Assembly: GCA_965250285.1 (NCBI GenBank)
Contig: OZ252299.1
Location: forward strand, 3,776,001-3,840,000
DNA from: Myxococcota bacterium
Lineage (GTDB): Bacteria; Myxococcota_A; UBA9160; UBA4427
Length of the DNA: 64,000 nt
Direction: 5' to 3'
In this document: in pieces, positions 30,470-42,300 of the stretch
Position numbering within the stretch: the stretch's first letter is position 1
How the letters are laid out: each line of letters begins with the position of its first letter
The notes under the pieces: model-generated
Database searches by the model: none
What the model was told of the DNA's origin: nothing
What the model saw: the letters and a program-made list of their open reading frames with translations, nothing else
Made by a program: the position numbers and the translations under genes

Positions 30470-31612
30470 TCAGGCTGCGCCGATGCGCACCGAGACCTCG
30501 GCGTTGAAGTGGGCGAGCGCTCCTTCGAATCGGCCGAAGCGAAGATGCTCGTTCGCACCGGTCGAGAGCGTCCGCTGGATCCCCTCTCCGAGATCGAAGT
30601 CTTCGTCGAGGGTCGCGACGGTGAAGTCATGGTTCGCGCGCCAGTAATCGGCGCGGCCTTCGGTTCGGCTCTCGGCCGGTACGAGCGTCGTCATGCGCAC
30701 GACGGTGTCGTCGACCGCCACGGGGTTCATCTGAATCAGGATCACGTGATCGTTCTGGACCAGCAGCTGGCTGGTTGGCATGAATGAGTACAGCACGTTG
30801 GTCACGTCTCGAATTCGCCAGGCCTCGCGGGGCTTTTCCGCGAGGTCGCCGATCGTGTTGCGCGCGAGCACCGAACGCAGGTGGGGCCCCTCGGCCCGAT
30901 AGGTCGACAAGTTGTCCTCGAAGAGTCGACCGACGGTCGCGCGGTGCGCCACCTTGAAGTGATACGACTCGATGCCCCCTTCGACCAGGATCTTCCAGTT
31001 CACGCGCCGACGCTGCTCCGTGCTCTCGAACGGAACGTGGGACGCCAGATCGAGCGCCTGCAGGTCTTCGGCGAGCCCGCCAAGAAAGGCGTCGAGATCG
31101 TCGGGCTCATCGCTCCCCAGCTGGACCCACACGAAGCCGTAGGCCTCGACACACGAGACGGCGGCGAGACGAACGCGGTCCTTGTCGAGGGTCGGGAACC
31201 CCGAGCGCTGATGCGGCACGCCGACGAGCTGTCCCGACGTGTCATACGACCATGCGTGGTAGGGGCATACGAGACGACGCGTGCAGCCTGCATCGTCACG
31301 CACGAGCTGTGCCCCGCGATGGCGGCACGCATTGACGAAGGCGTGCACGACGCCCTCGCCGTCTCGGGTGAGCACCAGGGGAACGCCCGCCACCTCGCGA
31401 CGCACGAAGCTGTGAGCTTCGGCGAGCTCGGCCGCGTGCGCGGCGATCTGTGGCATTCGCCGGAGCAGGCCGTCTCGCTCGGCCTCGAACCGCTCGGGTG
31501 CGAGATAGTTCGAGACGGGCGAAGACGCCTCGGCATCGGCCAAGAAGGGGCTGCGCTCGTCGTGCAGGCGCATCAGCTCGTCCAGCAGCTCGAGTTCGGT
31601 CTCGCGATTCAT
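30470..31612 (-). CDS. Rieske non-heme iron oxygenase alpha subunit
   Basis: NACRHRG...CPYHAW, NWK...ESYHFKVAH, and distal DED. Confidence 0.92.
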   Translation of the reverse strand: MNRETELELLDELMRLHDERSPFLADAEASSPVSNYLAPERFEAERDGLLRRMPQIAAHAAELAEAHSFVRREVAGVPLVLTRDGEGVVHAFVNACRHRGAQLVRDDAGCTRRLVCPYHAWSYDTSGQLVGVPHQRSGFPTLDKDRVRLAAVSCVEAYGFVWVQLGSDEPDDLDAFLGGLAEDLQALDLASHVPFESTEQRRRVNWKILVEGGIESYHFKVAHRATVGRLFEDNLSTYRAEGPHLRSVLARNTIGDLAEKPREAWRIRDVTNVLYSFMPTSQLLVQNDHVILIQMNPVAVDDTVVRMTTLVPAESRTEGRADYWRANHDFTVATLDEDFDLGEGIQRTLSTGANEHLRFGRFEGALAHFNAEVSVRIGAA

Positions 31613-31639
31613 GGGGAGGCCCTCTCAACCGGGTCGGGG

Positions 31640-31686
31640 TTGACATGCTTACCGATCGGTCAGATAATCCTGACCGATCGGTAAGC
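31640..31686 (+). promoter_or_regulatory. Sigma70-type promoter overlapped by twin TetR operators
   Basis: TTGACA (31640)-17 bp-GATAAT (31663). A perfect 17-bp inverted repeat GCTTACCGATCGGTCAG / CTGACCGATCGGTAAGC, with the palindrome ACCGATCGGT in each arm. Confidence 0.85.
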
Positions 31687-31730
31687 CGACGTCAACCCCG
31701 CGCGCATGCCGCACGGATCGGAGGACCCGC

Positions 31731-32333
31731 GTGCCCGTTTCGACCCGCCAGCAGCTGCTCGATGCTGCCCTGCACCTGTTCGCCCGTCGCGGCTTCGACG
31801 GTGCGAGCCTCTCGAACATCGCGGATGAGCTCGATTTGACGAAACAGGCCCTGCTCCATCACTTCGGGAGCAAGGAGAAGCTCTACGGCGAGATCCTCGC
31901 GCAGGTCTCCGACGTGATGCTTGCGCGCGTGCGCCACACACGGGCCGAGCACGCGGCTCCCGCCGATCAGCTCGAAGCGTTCCTCCTCGATTTTCTCTGT
32001 TTTCTGCCAGCGGACGTCGATCGCGCGCAGCTGCTCATGCGCGAGCTGCTCGACAATCGAGACCGCGCGGAGAAGGCACGCACCTGGTACCTGCGCCCGT
32101 TCCTCGACGAGCTCGTCGCGATCACGCGCGCGCTGCCCGCTCGGGCGCCGATCGACGATGTGCACGCGTTCGCGTTCGTCTACTCGATGCTCGGCGCCGT
32201 CCACTACTTTGCCGTCTCGCAGCCGACACTTCAGAAGATGTACGGGCAGCGGCGCTACGCCGCGTATCGTCGCGAGATGTCCGCCGAGCTGCAGGCGCTC
32301 GTGCGCGCCCGCGTCGCGAGCCTGACCGACTGA
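31731..32333 (+). CDS. TetR/AcrR family transcriptional regulator
   Basis: TRQQLLDAALHLFARRGFDGASLSNIADELDLTKQALLHHFGSKEKL. Confidence 0.93.
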   Translation: MPVSTRQQLLDAALHLFARRGFDGASLSNIADELDLTKQALLHHFGSKEKLYGEILAQVSDVMLARVRHTRAEHAAPADQLEAFLLDFLCFLPADVDRAQLLMRELLDNRDRAEKARTWYLRPFLDELVAITRALPARAPIDDVHAFAFVYSMLGAVHYFAVSQPTLQKMYGQRRYAAYRREMSAELQALVRARVASLTD

Positions 32334-32346
32334 CTGGAGGACGCGT

Positions 32347-33348
32347 CTACGGCTGGAAGCACTGGAGCCCGACGTCGCGCAGCCACCCCTCGACCTCTTC
32401 TCGATCTTCGGGGATGAGCTGCTCACTGATCCGACGCTGAATCATCCGCCTCGACCGCTCCGGATACGGGCGTGCCAGATAGCTGGTCGTCTCGCCGTAG
32501 GTATCGATCTCGAACGCCTTGCGACCGGCGGCCAGCGCCTGCGCGTTCGCGACGACGAAGGGCGCGTACTCTGCGGCGCCCAGCGCGACCACGTGCTGCG
32601 CAAACGGCGTACTCGCTGGAAAAGGCGCGAGATCGCGGCCCTCGACTCGTGCGGCCGCTTCGAACGCACCGCCCTCGGCCCATGCAACGACCCGACCGTA
32701 GGGCGACAGATCGGGAATCGGATCGGCGTGGGTGTGGGCGTGGAGCCCACCGAGCAGGATCGCATCGACGGCGGTCGGACGATCCCCCAGCGCGAAGGCC
32801 GTGTGTTCGAGCTGCGCGTCGAGCGCCTGCAGCAGGCCGAGGTATTCGGTCTCCGCCGCTTTCTGTTGCCCTTCCGACTCGGTTCCGGTCGCGCGACATG
32901 CGCGCGGCCCCCATCGCGCCATCGGATGCTCGCGCGCTGCGTCGGCCGACAGCGTCTCGCCGGTCAACTCTTCGATCACGTGCACCGTATTTTCGATGTA
33001 GTGCCAGCGAAAGTGCACCATCACGCGCGCCACCCACTCGTCGAGGATCTCCTCGACGACGTGGACGAGCACCCCCAAACGCCCAGCTGGAAAGAGCCGG
33101 CGCGTCGGGTACCGCGCGTCGAGCAGCTCGAGGATCGGCGTCGTATCAGCAAGCGCCCAACCCTCGGGTGTTTCGAGGATCGGGATCTGATGCGTCCCCG
33201 CGCGCTGACCGACCCCGCCTTCGCCGATGCCACGTGGTGCGCGCTCGAAAGGGAGCCCGTAGAACGCGAAGGCCGCTTCGAGCTTGCGGGTGAAGAGGCT
33301 CTGGGGGATGCCGTGGATCATGTAGCCGGGCGCAGCGAACGACGTCAT
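32347..33348 (-). CDS. Glutathione S-transferase family protein
   Basis: SLFTRKL, QIPILETPEG...DTTPI, FALGDRPTAVD. Confidence 0.82.
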   Translation of the reverse strand: MTSFAAPGYMIHGIPQSLFTRKLEAAFAFYGLPFERAPRGIGEGGVGQRAGTHQIPILETPEGWALADTTPILELLDARYPTRRLFPAGRLGVLVHVVEEILDEWVARVMVHFRWHYIENTVHVIEELTGETLSADAAREHPMARWGPRACRATGTESEGQQKAAETEYLGLLQALDAQLEHTAFALGDRPTAVDAILLGGLHAHTHADPIPDLSPYGRVVAWAEGGAFEAAARVEGRDLAPFPASTPFAQHVVALGAAEYAPFVVANAQALAAGRKAFEIDTYGETTSYLARPYPERSRRMIQRRISEQLIPEDREEVEGWLRDVGLQCFQP

Positions 33349-33392
33349 CTCGACAGAGTACGCCGCGGGCGCAAGATCCGCCCAGCCCTACG

Positions 33393-34382
33393 CTAACGCT
33401 GGCACTGCTCGCCAGGGATCCCGATGCACCCGGGCGGATCGCTCGGCCCCGGATCGAAGTCGGGTACGCTGAACAGGCCGCAGGTCGTCGGATCGCAGAC
33501 GAGCGTGCGGTCGATCGTTTCGGTCTTGAACTCGAACGCCTTGGGCGTCGGCAGCGGATGCGCGAGCGACGTCGGCTCGCCGTCGGGAATGTCTCGCTCC
33601 ACGATGTCGGCGAGCAGCGTCGTGCTCTCGTCGCGCGAGATGTCGTTCAGCGCGCTGACGCGGTACCGCCGCTGCGACGCGACTCCGCCGAGCCCTTCGA
33701 TGGTCGAATCGTCGATCTTCTCGATGCTGCCCGGGGCCCCGCCGACCGGGACGCTCACCCACTGCGACGTGTTCAGGAAGACCCCTCGCTTGTGGCGAGC
33801 ATCGTTGCTCAACACGAACGCTCGGTCGTCGAGACTCGTCACCAGCGTGGTCCCTTCGCCCGTGTTCACTTCGACGTGGATCGTGCTCGAGCGCGGCCGA
33901 ACGATGGCCGATGGCGTGCGAATCTCGGTCGCCGCATCGGATGCATCGAGTCGCGTGGTGAACCGCACATGGCCATCTTCGACCTTCACGAGGGGCCCTT
34001 CGGCGCCGTCACCTGGCCGGAGGCTCAGCTTCGTGCTCGGTCCCATCTCGATGAGCAAGGCCTCGCCGTGCACCAGCGCGCAGCCGGAGCTCAGACCGGT
34101 CTCGACCTCGATCGCGCCCGAGGCCGGCACATCGACGCTCCGACCGACCGCGAGCTCGCTCCCGTCGGCGCGCACCGTGCCGAACGCCGCCGTCACGACG
34201 GTCTCTGCGGCCATCGCCGAGAGTGCAGTGCCCGAACCGACGAACCAGCAGACCAGACCAAGTGCGACCCGCGCGAGTTGTCGGCTGCAGAGTCGGGCAG
34301 CCGCCGAGCGACCGGCGCGAGCCTCTTCACACGCTTCGTCGCCGGCGCGGATCCGACGATCTCGCCTTCTCAGAAGTTCCAT
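33393..34382 (-). CDS. FecR-domain protein with Cys-rich C-terminal tail
   Basis: Hydrophobic signal-like segment; IEVETG...IEMGPSTKL...GHVRF...EIRTPSAIVRPRSST...TLVTSL. Start uncertain; overlaps the stop of the upstream gene. Confidence 0.7.
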   Translation of the reverse strand: MELLRRRDRRIRAGDEACEEARAGRSAAARLCSRQLARVALGLVCWFVGSGTALSAMAAETVVTAAFGTVRADGSELAVGRSVDVPASGAIEVETGLSSGCALVHGEALLIEMGPSTKLSLRPGDGAEGPLVKVEDGHVRFTTRLDASDAATEIRTPSAIVRPRSSTIHVEVNTGEGTTLVTSLDDRAFVLSNDARHKRGVFLNTSQWVSVPVGGAPGSIEKIDDSTIEGLGGVASQRRYRVSALNDISRDESTTLLADIVERDIPDGEPTSLAHPLPTPKAFEFKTETIDRTLVCDPTTCGLFSVPDFDPGPSDPPGCIGIPGEQCQR

Positions 34383-35959
34383 GTGAAATACGCTCCGAAG
34401 AGATGTCGATCGTACTCGAGCACGTCGATCTGTGAGCTGCGGAAGTTCATGTTCGCCGCGAGGGCCACCGAGAGCTGCCGCCACAGCGGTACGTTCAGAT
34501 CGAACGAGAGATTGTGGACGTTCTCGTGACGCCGCACGCCCTGGCCGGGCGCCGGGGGTTGGGTCCCGATCTGCTCAGGGAAGATGCTCGGGTTCTGGTA
34601 CCAGAGCCGCGCGTAGCGATAGAGGGTCGAGAAGGTCATGCCGCGCCACGGCAGAAGCACGCCACCGCCGACATTCAGCTCGAGCCCGCGGTAGTCCCAC
34701 TCGGTGCCGTCCGTCGAGCGACTGAGGTAGGCCGCTCCGAAGCGCGCAGACGAGAAGAGGCCGTCGAACATCAGAATCTGGTTCAGACCGACGGCCTGGC
34801 GGTTGCCGTTCTGATCGAGCTCGGGCGAGACGGGCGGCAGGAAGTAGTCGTCGAGCTGAATCTGGTAGAACGCCTGCGTGACGCCGAGATCACCGGTGCG
34901 CAGGTTCACGATCGGCTGAATCGAGTGCGTGCCACGGAACTTCTCAGTGAAGTCGAGCAGCGTGATGCTGTAGTCGTACCGCACACCGAAGCTCGCGTTC
35001 ATGTAGTCGTAGGTCGCCAGAGCGCGGGCGACATGCGTCTGCTCGTTCACGAGGCTGTCGTTCGCGTAGCCCGCCAAGAAGCCATCGTAGCCGGCGCGCA
35101 GCGTGAACCCGCCCCCGCGATACGCGTCGACGAGCGCGCGCAGGCGGAACGAGCCGAGCACGTCGGCATCGCTGTCGATCACCTTACTCGCGGCGGTCGG
35201 GTTCGTGTCGGCTTCGATGCCCGCCGTCGCGCTCACGAACCAGATGCGGCTCTCGGTGAGCGGGGCCATCTGCTCCCTCAGCGCGCGGGCCGAGTTGCCG
35301 AGCGGATGGCCGGGCGAATCCTCTGCCAGATCCCCGAACGCAGCCGACGAGGCGTAGAGGTTGCCGAGCGCGATCTGAGCCAGCCCCGTGTAGTAGAGCG
35401 ACTCCCGCTCGAGTCCGGGGTCGAGGCGACGCGCCTCCTCGAGGTCACCGATCGCCTTGCGCGGGTCTCCGGTTCGGTACTCGGCGATGCCCGCGTACAG
35501 CAGCAGGTGCGGGTCGCTGGGGGCCATCGTGAGCGCCTGTCGCGCCTGGGTGCGGGCCGCGTCGTTCTGTCCGGCGAGCAGAAGGGTCTCGGTGAGCACG
35601 GTCTGCGTCGCGACGTCGTCGGGATCGAGCTCGGCGGCCCTCCGCAGGGACGCGATGGCGTTTTCGGTTTCGCCCTGCTTGCGCGCGATCAGGCCGAGGT
35701 AGACGTGGGCGTCGGCGTCTGCCGGGTTCTGCTCGACCACGGCTTCGAAGGCTCTTCGCGCCGCGACATCGTCGCCGGTCCCGTACGCGGCGACGCCCCG
35801 GTTGTAGAGCAGCTCGGTCTGATCGGAGGCCGACGCAGATGTGACACACAGAAGCGTCAACAGAACGAACGCAGTCAGCACGCGCACAGCGGTGCGGCGG
35901 CGACGTCCCGTCGCGAATGGGCTTCGCTGCTGCGCTGCGTAGACCGGCACGGGCGACAT
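34370..35959 (-). CDS. TPR-repeat plus C-terminal outer membrane beta-barrel protein (Slam/DUF560-like architecture)
   Basis: Signal peptide, about 5 TPRs (YNRGVAAY, AHVYLGLIA, LLYAGIAEY, LYYTGLAQ), then amphipathic strands from GIEADTN to a terminal beta-signal GAYFTWNF. Confidence 0.8.
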   Translation of the reverse strand: MSPVPVYAAQQRSPFATGRRRRTAVRVLTAFVLLTLLCVTSASASDQTELLYNRGVAAYGTGDDVAARRAFEAVVEQNPADADAHVYLGLIARKQGETENAIASLRRAAELDPDDVATQTVLTETLLLAGQNDAARTQARQALTMAPSDPHLLLYAGIAEYRTGDPRKAIGDLEEARRLDPGLERESLYYTGLAQIALGNLYASSAAFGDLAEDSPGHPLGNSARALREQMAPLTESRIWFVSATAGIEADTNPTAASKVIDSDADVLGSFRLRALVDAYRGGGFTLRAGYDGFLAGYANDSLVNEQTHVARALATYDYMNASFGVRYDYSITLLDFTEKFRGTHSIQPIVNLRTGDLGVTQAFYQIQLDDYFLPPVSPELDQNGNRQAVGLNQILMFDGLFSSARFGAAYLSRSTDGTEWDYRGLELNVGGGVLLPWRGMTFSTLYRYARLWYQNPSIFPEQIGTQPPAPGQGVRRHENVHNLSFDLNVPLWRQLSVALAANMNFRSSQIDVLEYDRHLFGAYFTWNF

Positions 35960-36360
35960 CTTCGTGGGAACGGTCGCGCTTGTCGAGGACCCGCCTCGGA
36001 CCCACGCGGGGCCTGCGCACCCGAAGCGGCGACCCGGTTGCCGCCAAGCTGCACGAGAGCTGCCCACGCGACACGTCGGCGCGTCGATGCCACAAGACTT
36101 GGCCGGAATTGGGAATTCCCGCACGCGATTCGTGTCGAGGCGCTCACTCGCGCCCGGATCCGCCCGCCACAGCTTCGTGCCGGTCGGATATCATCGGGCG
36201 TCCGTTCGGGGCCCCCTCCAGCCGAACATCCCCCTCTCCTTCGTGCGTCGGTGTGGCTGGCATCACGCTGCTCTCGGGATCTCATCTTGGGTGATCCGCC
36301 CATGACATCCGCCGATCCGACGCGACCGTGCTACGGCATGGCTTCGCTCGGGGACGCCCG

Positions 36361-39300
36361 ATGAAGAGGGCGCTCCGGCGGACGCGTGTGCGCTCTTTGA
36401 CCGACGGGTCTGCAACCAGACGCCGAGCCGTCGAGCGACACGTCCTTCTCTGGTTCGTCTTGCTGACGGTCGGGCTCGCAACGGCGCAGAGCGCTGCGGC
36501 GCAGTCGGTCACGCTCAGCGCCGCCCCCGACACGATGCCGACCGGCGGCACCAGCACGCTCACGTGGGTCACGGCCGACGTCGACACGTGCACCGCGTCG
36601 GATGGCTGGACGGGCGCGCTCGATGCCGCGGGAGGCAGTCAGGGCGTCTCGCCGACCACGACGACGCTCTACACCGTGACCTGCGATGGGCCCGGCGGAC
36701 AGGCTGTCGACTCGGCGACGATCACCGTGGGCCCCGCAGTCACCGCGACCCTCGGCGCCGACGTCGACACGATCCCTCTCGGCGGCACCAGCCAGCTCAC
36801 CTGGAGCAGCACCGACGCCACGAGCTGCATCGGAACGAACTTCGACACCGCCGGTGCCGCGAGCGGCAGCATCAGCGTGACGCCCGCGACGACCACCCTC
36901 TACTCGGTGACCTGCACGGGGACGGGCGGCGCCACGAGCGCGCCCGCGCAGCAGACCGTCAGCGTCGGTCCGGCGGTGACGGCCACGCTCGGTGCCGATG
37001 TCGACACGATCCCGCTCGGTGGCACCAGTCAACTGACGTGGAGCAGCACGGACGCCACCAGCTGCGCAGGCACGGGCTTCGATACGGGCGCCGCGACGAG
37101 CGGCAGCGTCGCCGTCGCCCCGACGACGACGACGCTGTACTCGGTGGTGTGTACGGGGGCCGGCGGTGCGACGAGCCCTGCAGCGGAACAGACCGTGACC
37201 GTCGGAGCCGCCGTGACGGCGACGCTCGGCGCCGATCTCGCAACGCTCCCGCTCGGCGGCAGCAGTCTGCTCACGTGGAGCAGCACCGACGCAACCAGCT
37301 GCATCGGCACGAACTTCGACACGGCCGGCGCGACGAGCGGCAGCGCGCCCGTCACGCCGCTGACGACGACGCTCTACTCGGTGGTCTGCAGCGGTGCAGG
37401 GGGAGCCACCAGCGCACCGGCGGAACAAACCGTGACGGTGGGGGCGGCGGTGACGGCCAGCCTCGGCGCAGACGTCGATACGATTCCACTCGGCGGCAGC
37501 AGCCTGCTCACCTGGAGCAGCACCGACGCGACGAGCTGCACCGGGACGGGCTTCGAGACCAGCGGCGCGACGAGCGGCAGCGTCGCCGTCGCGCCCACGA
37601 CCACCACACTCTACGCCCTCGTCTGCACCGGCGTCGGCGGCGCCACGAGCAGCGCGGCCGAGCAAACGGTCACGGTCGGCGCGGCGGTCACAGCGACGCT
37701 CGACGCCGACTTCCTGAGCGTGCCGCTCGGCGGCACGAGCCAGCTGACCTGGAGCGGCGCCAACGCGGACTCCTGCACGGGCACCAACTTCACAACGGGT
37801 GACGCCGCAGCCGGCAGCGTCGACGTCTCACCGACGGCGACCACGGTGTACTCGATCACCTGTACGGGTTCGGGCGGCGCGACCAGCAATCCCGTCGACG
37901 TCACGGTGAGCGTCGACCCGGCCGTCTCGGCCACGCTGATCACGACACCGAGCGCAGTTCCCCTCGGTGGGTCGGCCGACCTGACGTGGAGCAGCACGAG
38001 CGCGACGAGCTGCACGGGCACGGGGTTCTCGACCGGCGGTGCACCGAGCGGCAGCATCTCGGTCGCGCCCGCCACCACCACCGCCTACTCGGTGACGTGC
38101 GCGGGCAATGGCGGCGCGTCGAGCGCGCCGGCCGACGGTTCGCTCACGATCGGCCCCCCGGTGACCAGTAGCCTCAGCGCGAACCCTACGACCATCGCGC
38201 TCGGTGGATCGAGCGGTCTCACCTGGGGCAGCACCGACGCGATCAGCTGCACCGGCACCGGCTTCTCGACCGGCGGCGCCGCCAGTGGGACGGTGTCGGT
38301 GTCGCCCGGATCGTCGACGATCTACTCGGTGACGTGCGTCGGCGCGGGCGGTGCGACGAGCAGCGCCGCCACGGCGAGCGTCGCGGTCGGAGGCGGCGTC
38401 ACCGCCTTCCTGACCGCCGACTTCGACGCGATCCCACTCGGCGGCTCGAGCCTGCTCTCGTGGAGCAGCTCGAACGCGACCAGCTGCACGGGCACCGGCT
38501 TCACGACCGGCGGTGCCGTGGCCGGCAGCGTGCCGGTCTCGCCCACCTCGACCACGGTCTACGCGGTCGACTGCACGGGCTCGGGTGGTGCGAACGACTC
38601 GGCCGAGTTCACGGTCGCGGTCGGGCCGGCGATCTCGGCCGCGCTCACGGCGACGCCCGACACCATCGCACTCGGTGGAGCGAGCAGTCTCGAGTGGAGC
38701 AGCTCGAACGCCACCAGCTGCACCGGCATCGGCTTCTCGACGGGGGGCGCGGTCAGCGGCCAGATCGACGTGTCACCGACGACCAGCTCGGCGTACGGCG
38801 TGACCTGCACGGGCAACGGGGGCGCCAACAGCCCCATCGCCCAGGCGACCGTGACCGTGAGCGGACCGGTCGCCGCGTCGCTCAGCGCGACGCCCGCGGC
38901 CATCGCGCTCGGCGGATCGACGACGCTCGAGTGGAGCGGCGTGAACGCGACGAGCTGCGTCGGCAGCGGCTTCGACACGGGCGCGGCCGCGAGCGGATCG
39001 GTGGTCGTCACACCGACCGCAGACAGCGACTACTCGGTCACGTGCACGGGCGCCGGCGGTGCAACCAGCGCCCCGGCCTCCACGTCGGTCACCGTCGGCG
39101 CGGCCGTCGGCGCGACGCTCACCGCAACGCCCGGCCAGATCGCCCAGGGCGGAACGAGCACGCTCGACTGGAGCGGCGACAACGCCACGAGCTGCGTCGG
39201 TGTCGGCTTCTCGACGGGCGGCGCACCGAGCGGGAGCATCGACGTCGCGCCGGCGACGACCACCGCGTACTCGGTGACGTGCAGTGGTGCTGGCGGCGCC

Positions 39301-42300
39301 ACGAGTCCGGTGGCGAATGCCACCGTGACGGTCGGTGCTGGCGTCACGGCCTCGCTCGTCGGCAACCCGACATCGATCGCGTCGGGGGGCTCGAGTGAGC
39401 TGACGTGGGGCAGCACGAACGCCACGAGCTGCACCGCGTCGAGCGCCCAGGATGCCGCGTGGAACGGCGCTCGCTCGCCGGGCGGCGGGACCGTCACCGT
39501 CACGCCAACGGTCGACTCGACCTACGCGCTGACGTGCACGGGCGCGGGCGGCGCGTCGAGCCCGCCAGCGACGACGACGATCACGGTGGGCGCCGCCGTG
39601 ACCGCTTCGCTCGCAGCGAACCCGACCGCGATGCCGCTCGGCGGGACGAGCCAGCTCACTTGGGGCAGCACGAACGCGACAAGCTGCACGGCGTCGAGTA
39701 CGGACGACCCCGCCTGGAACGGCTCGCGGGCAGTGGGCGGCGGCACCCTCGACGTCACGCCAACGGCCACCGCGACGTACACGATCGTCTGCGCGGGCGC
39801 GGGCGGCGCCGAGAGTGCGCCGGCGAATGTGACGGTCGTCGTCGGCTCGGCCGTCACCGTCGCGCTGACCGCCACGCCCGAGTCGATCGCACCGGGCGGC
39901 TCGAGTCAGCTGACGTGGAGCAGCGGGAGCGCGACGAGCTGTACGGGCACCGGCTTCGACACCGCCGGCGCCCCGAACGGCTCGGCCGAGGTCTCGCCGA
40001 CGACCACGACGAACTACTCGGTCTTGTGCACCGGCGCAGGCGGGGCGACGAGCCCGAGCGCTGCGGCCAGCGTCACCGTGGGCTCGGCCGTCGCGGCCAC
40101 GCTCACCGCCACGCCCTCCTCCATCGCGCAGGGCGGCTCGAGCGAGCTCTCGTGGAGCAGCGTCAACGCGACGAGCTGTACGGGCACCGGCTTCGCGACT
40201 GGGGGCGCGACGAGCGGCAGCGTGTCGGTCTCACCGATCTTGACCACGGCGTACACGCTGACGTGCGAAGGTGCCGGTGGCGCGACGAGCCCGGTGCAGA
40301 ATGCGAACGTCTCAGTTGGCCCGGCCGTCACGGCGAGCCTCGATGCGACCGCGCTCTCGATCGCGCTCGGGGGGTCGAGCGAGCTCTCGTGGAGCAGCAC
40401 CAACGCGACGAGCTGCACCGCCTCGAGCGCGCAGGATCCGAGCTGGAGCGGCGGGCAGCCCATCGGCGGCGGCACGCTCACCGTCTCGCCCACGGTGACG
40501 TCGACGTATACGCTGACCTGCGAAGGCGCGGGCGGTGCGACGAGCACGCCTGCCAGCGTGACGATCGCCGTGGGCGAAGCGGTGACGGCCACTCTCGGCG
40601 CGACACTGACCTCGATCGCGCAGGGCGGTACGAGCGACCTCACCTGGGGCAGCGCCAACGCGTCGAGCTGTGTGGCATCGAGCGCCGAAGACGCCAGCTG
40701 GAACGGTGCGCGCAGCGTCGCGGGCGGCACGGTCACCGTGACGCCCACGGTCACGTCGACGTACCAGCTCGTCTGCGCAGGCGCAGGCGGCGCGTCGAGC
40801 ACCCCGGCCACCGTGACGATCAGCGTGGGCGGCAGCGTCAGTGCGCAGCTGAACGCGGCCCCCTCGATCATCGCTGCCGGCGGCTCGAGCACCCTCACTT
40901 GGTCGAGCTCGAATGCCACTTCGTGCTCGGGCACCGGCTTCTCGACCAGCGGCGCGACGAGCGGCAGCGTCTCGGTCTCTCCCACGACGTCGACGACGTA
41001 CTCGATGTCGTGCTCGGGTGAAGGCGGCGCCGGCAGTGCGCCGGTGAACACCACCGTCACGATCGCTCCGCTTCCGACCGTCACGCTCACGGCGACGCCC
41101 TCGACGATCGCGGCCGGCAACTCGACGACGCTCGACTGGGTCGTGAGCGAAGCCTCGAGCTGCATCGCGTCGAGCGACGAAGACCCGAGCTGGGCGGGCG
41201 CTCGCTCTCCCACCGGCGGATCGCTCGGCGTGACGCCCGCCGAGACCGCGACCTACACGCTCTCGTGCACCGACGCGTTCGATCAGCAGGTCGAGGACAG
41301 CGTCACCGTGATCGTCTCGGCCGGGCCCACGGTCGAGCTCGTCGCGAGCCCCGAGACGATCGCACCGCTCGGCTCGAGCAGTCTCAGCTGGTCGGTGGAC
41401 AACGCGGTGAGCTGCACTGCGTTCAGCGCGCAGGATCCCGCGTGGACGGGCAGCGTACCCGTCGACGGCGGCCCCGTGCTCGTCACGCCGCAGACGAACG
41501 CGACCTACACGCTGACCTGCACCGACGCCGTGGGTCAGGCCCAGAACGCCGAAGCAACGGTCAACATCACGCCGACGGTCACCCTCACGGCCGACCCCAA
41601 CAACGTGCTGCTCGGCGGTTCGACGGCGCTCGCCTGGGCGACGACGAACGCCACGTCATGCGACGCTTCGGGTGCGCTCGACTGGTCAGGAACGGTCTCG
41701 ACCGGACCAGCGGCAGCGCTCGTCACGCCGACCGTCGACACGGTCTACACGATCACATGCACGGGCCCGGGCGGCGTCGCGATCGATACGGCCGCCGTGA
41801 CCGTCAGCTCTTCACCCGGGGATCCGCCGCCGACGGTGATCCTCAATGCCGATCCGCTCGAAGTCGGCAACGGCGGGTCGAGCACGCTCAGCTGGGTCAC
41901 GACCGATGCGGTGAGCTGCACGGCATCGGGCGCCGGCGACTGGAGCGGTTCGGTTCCCATCGGCACGGCGAGCCGGGTGGTTCGGCCCACCGCCCCCGAG
42001 ACCGTGTACACGCTCACATGCGCGAACAGTGTGGGTGCAGAGCGCTCCGCCGACATCACGGTGCGGGTGGCGCCCCCTCCGGCGCTCGAACTGAGCGCCG
42101 ACCCGGTTCGTCTGGCCGCGGGCGCTTCGACCCAGATCAACTGGTCGCCCACCGACGCACAGAGCTGCTCGGCCAGCGCAGGATGGAGCGGGGCGAAGAC
42201 ATCGGACGGCGACACCGAATCGATCGTGGTGAACGAGACCACGACGTTCACGCTCGAGTGCACGGGCTTGAGCGGCACCGTCAGCCAGAGCGTGACCGTG

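Noticed and set aside
36250..36350. Possible sigma54 promoters upstream of the giant gene (TGGCATCACGCTGC and CGGCATGGCTTCGC)
   Set aside because: The GG-to-GC spacing is 9 nt rather than the required 10.
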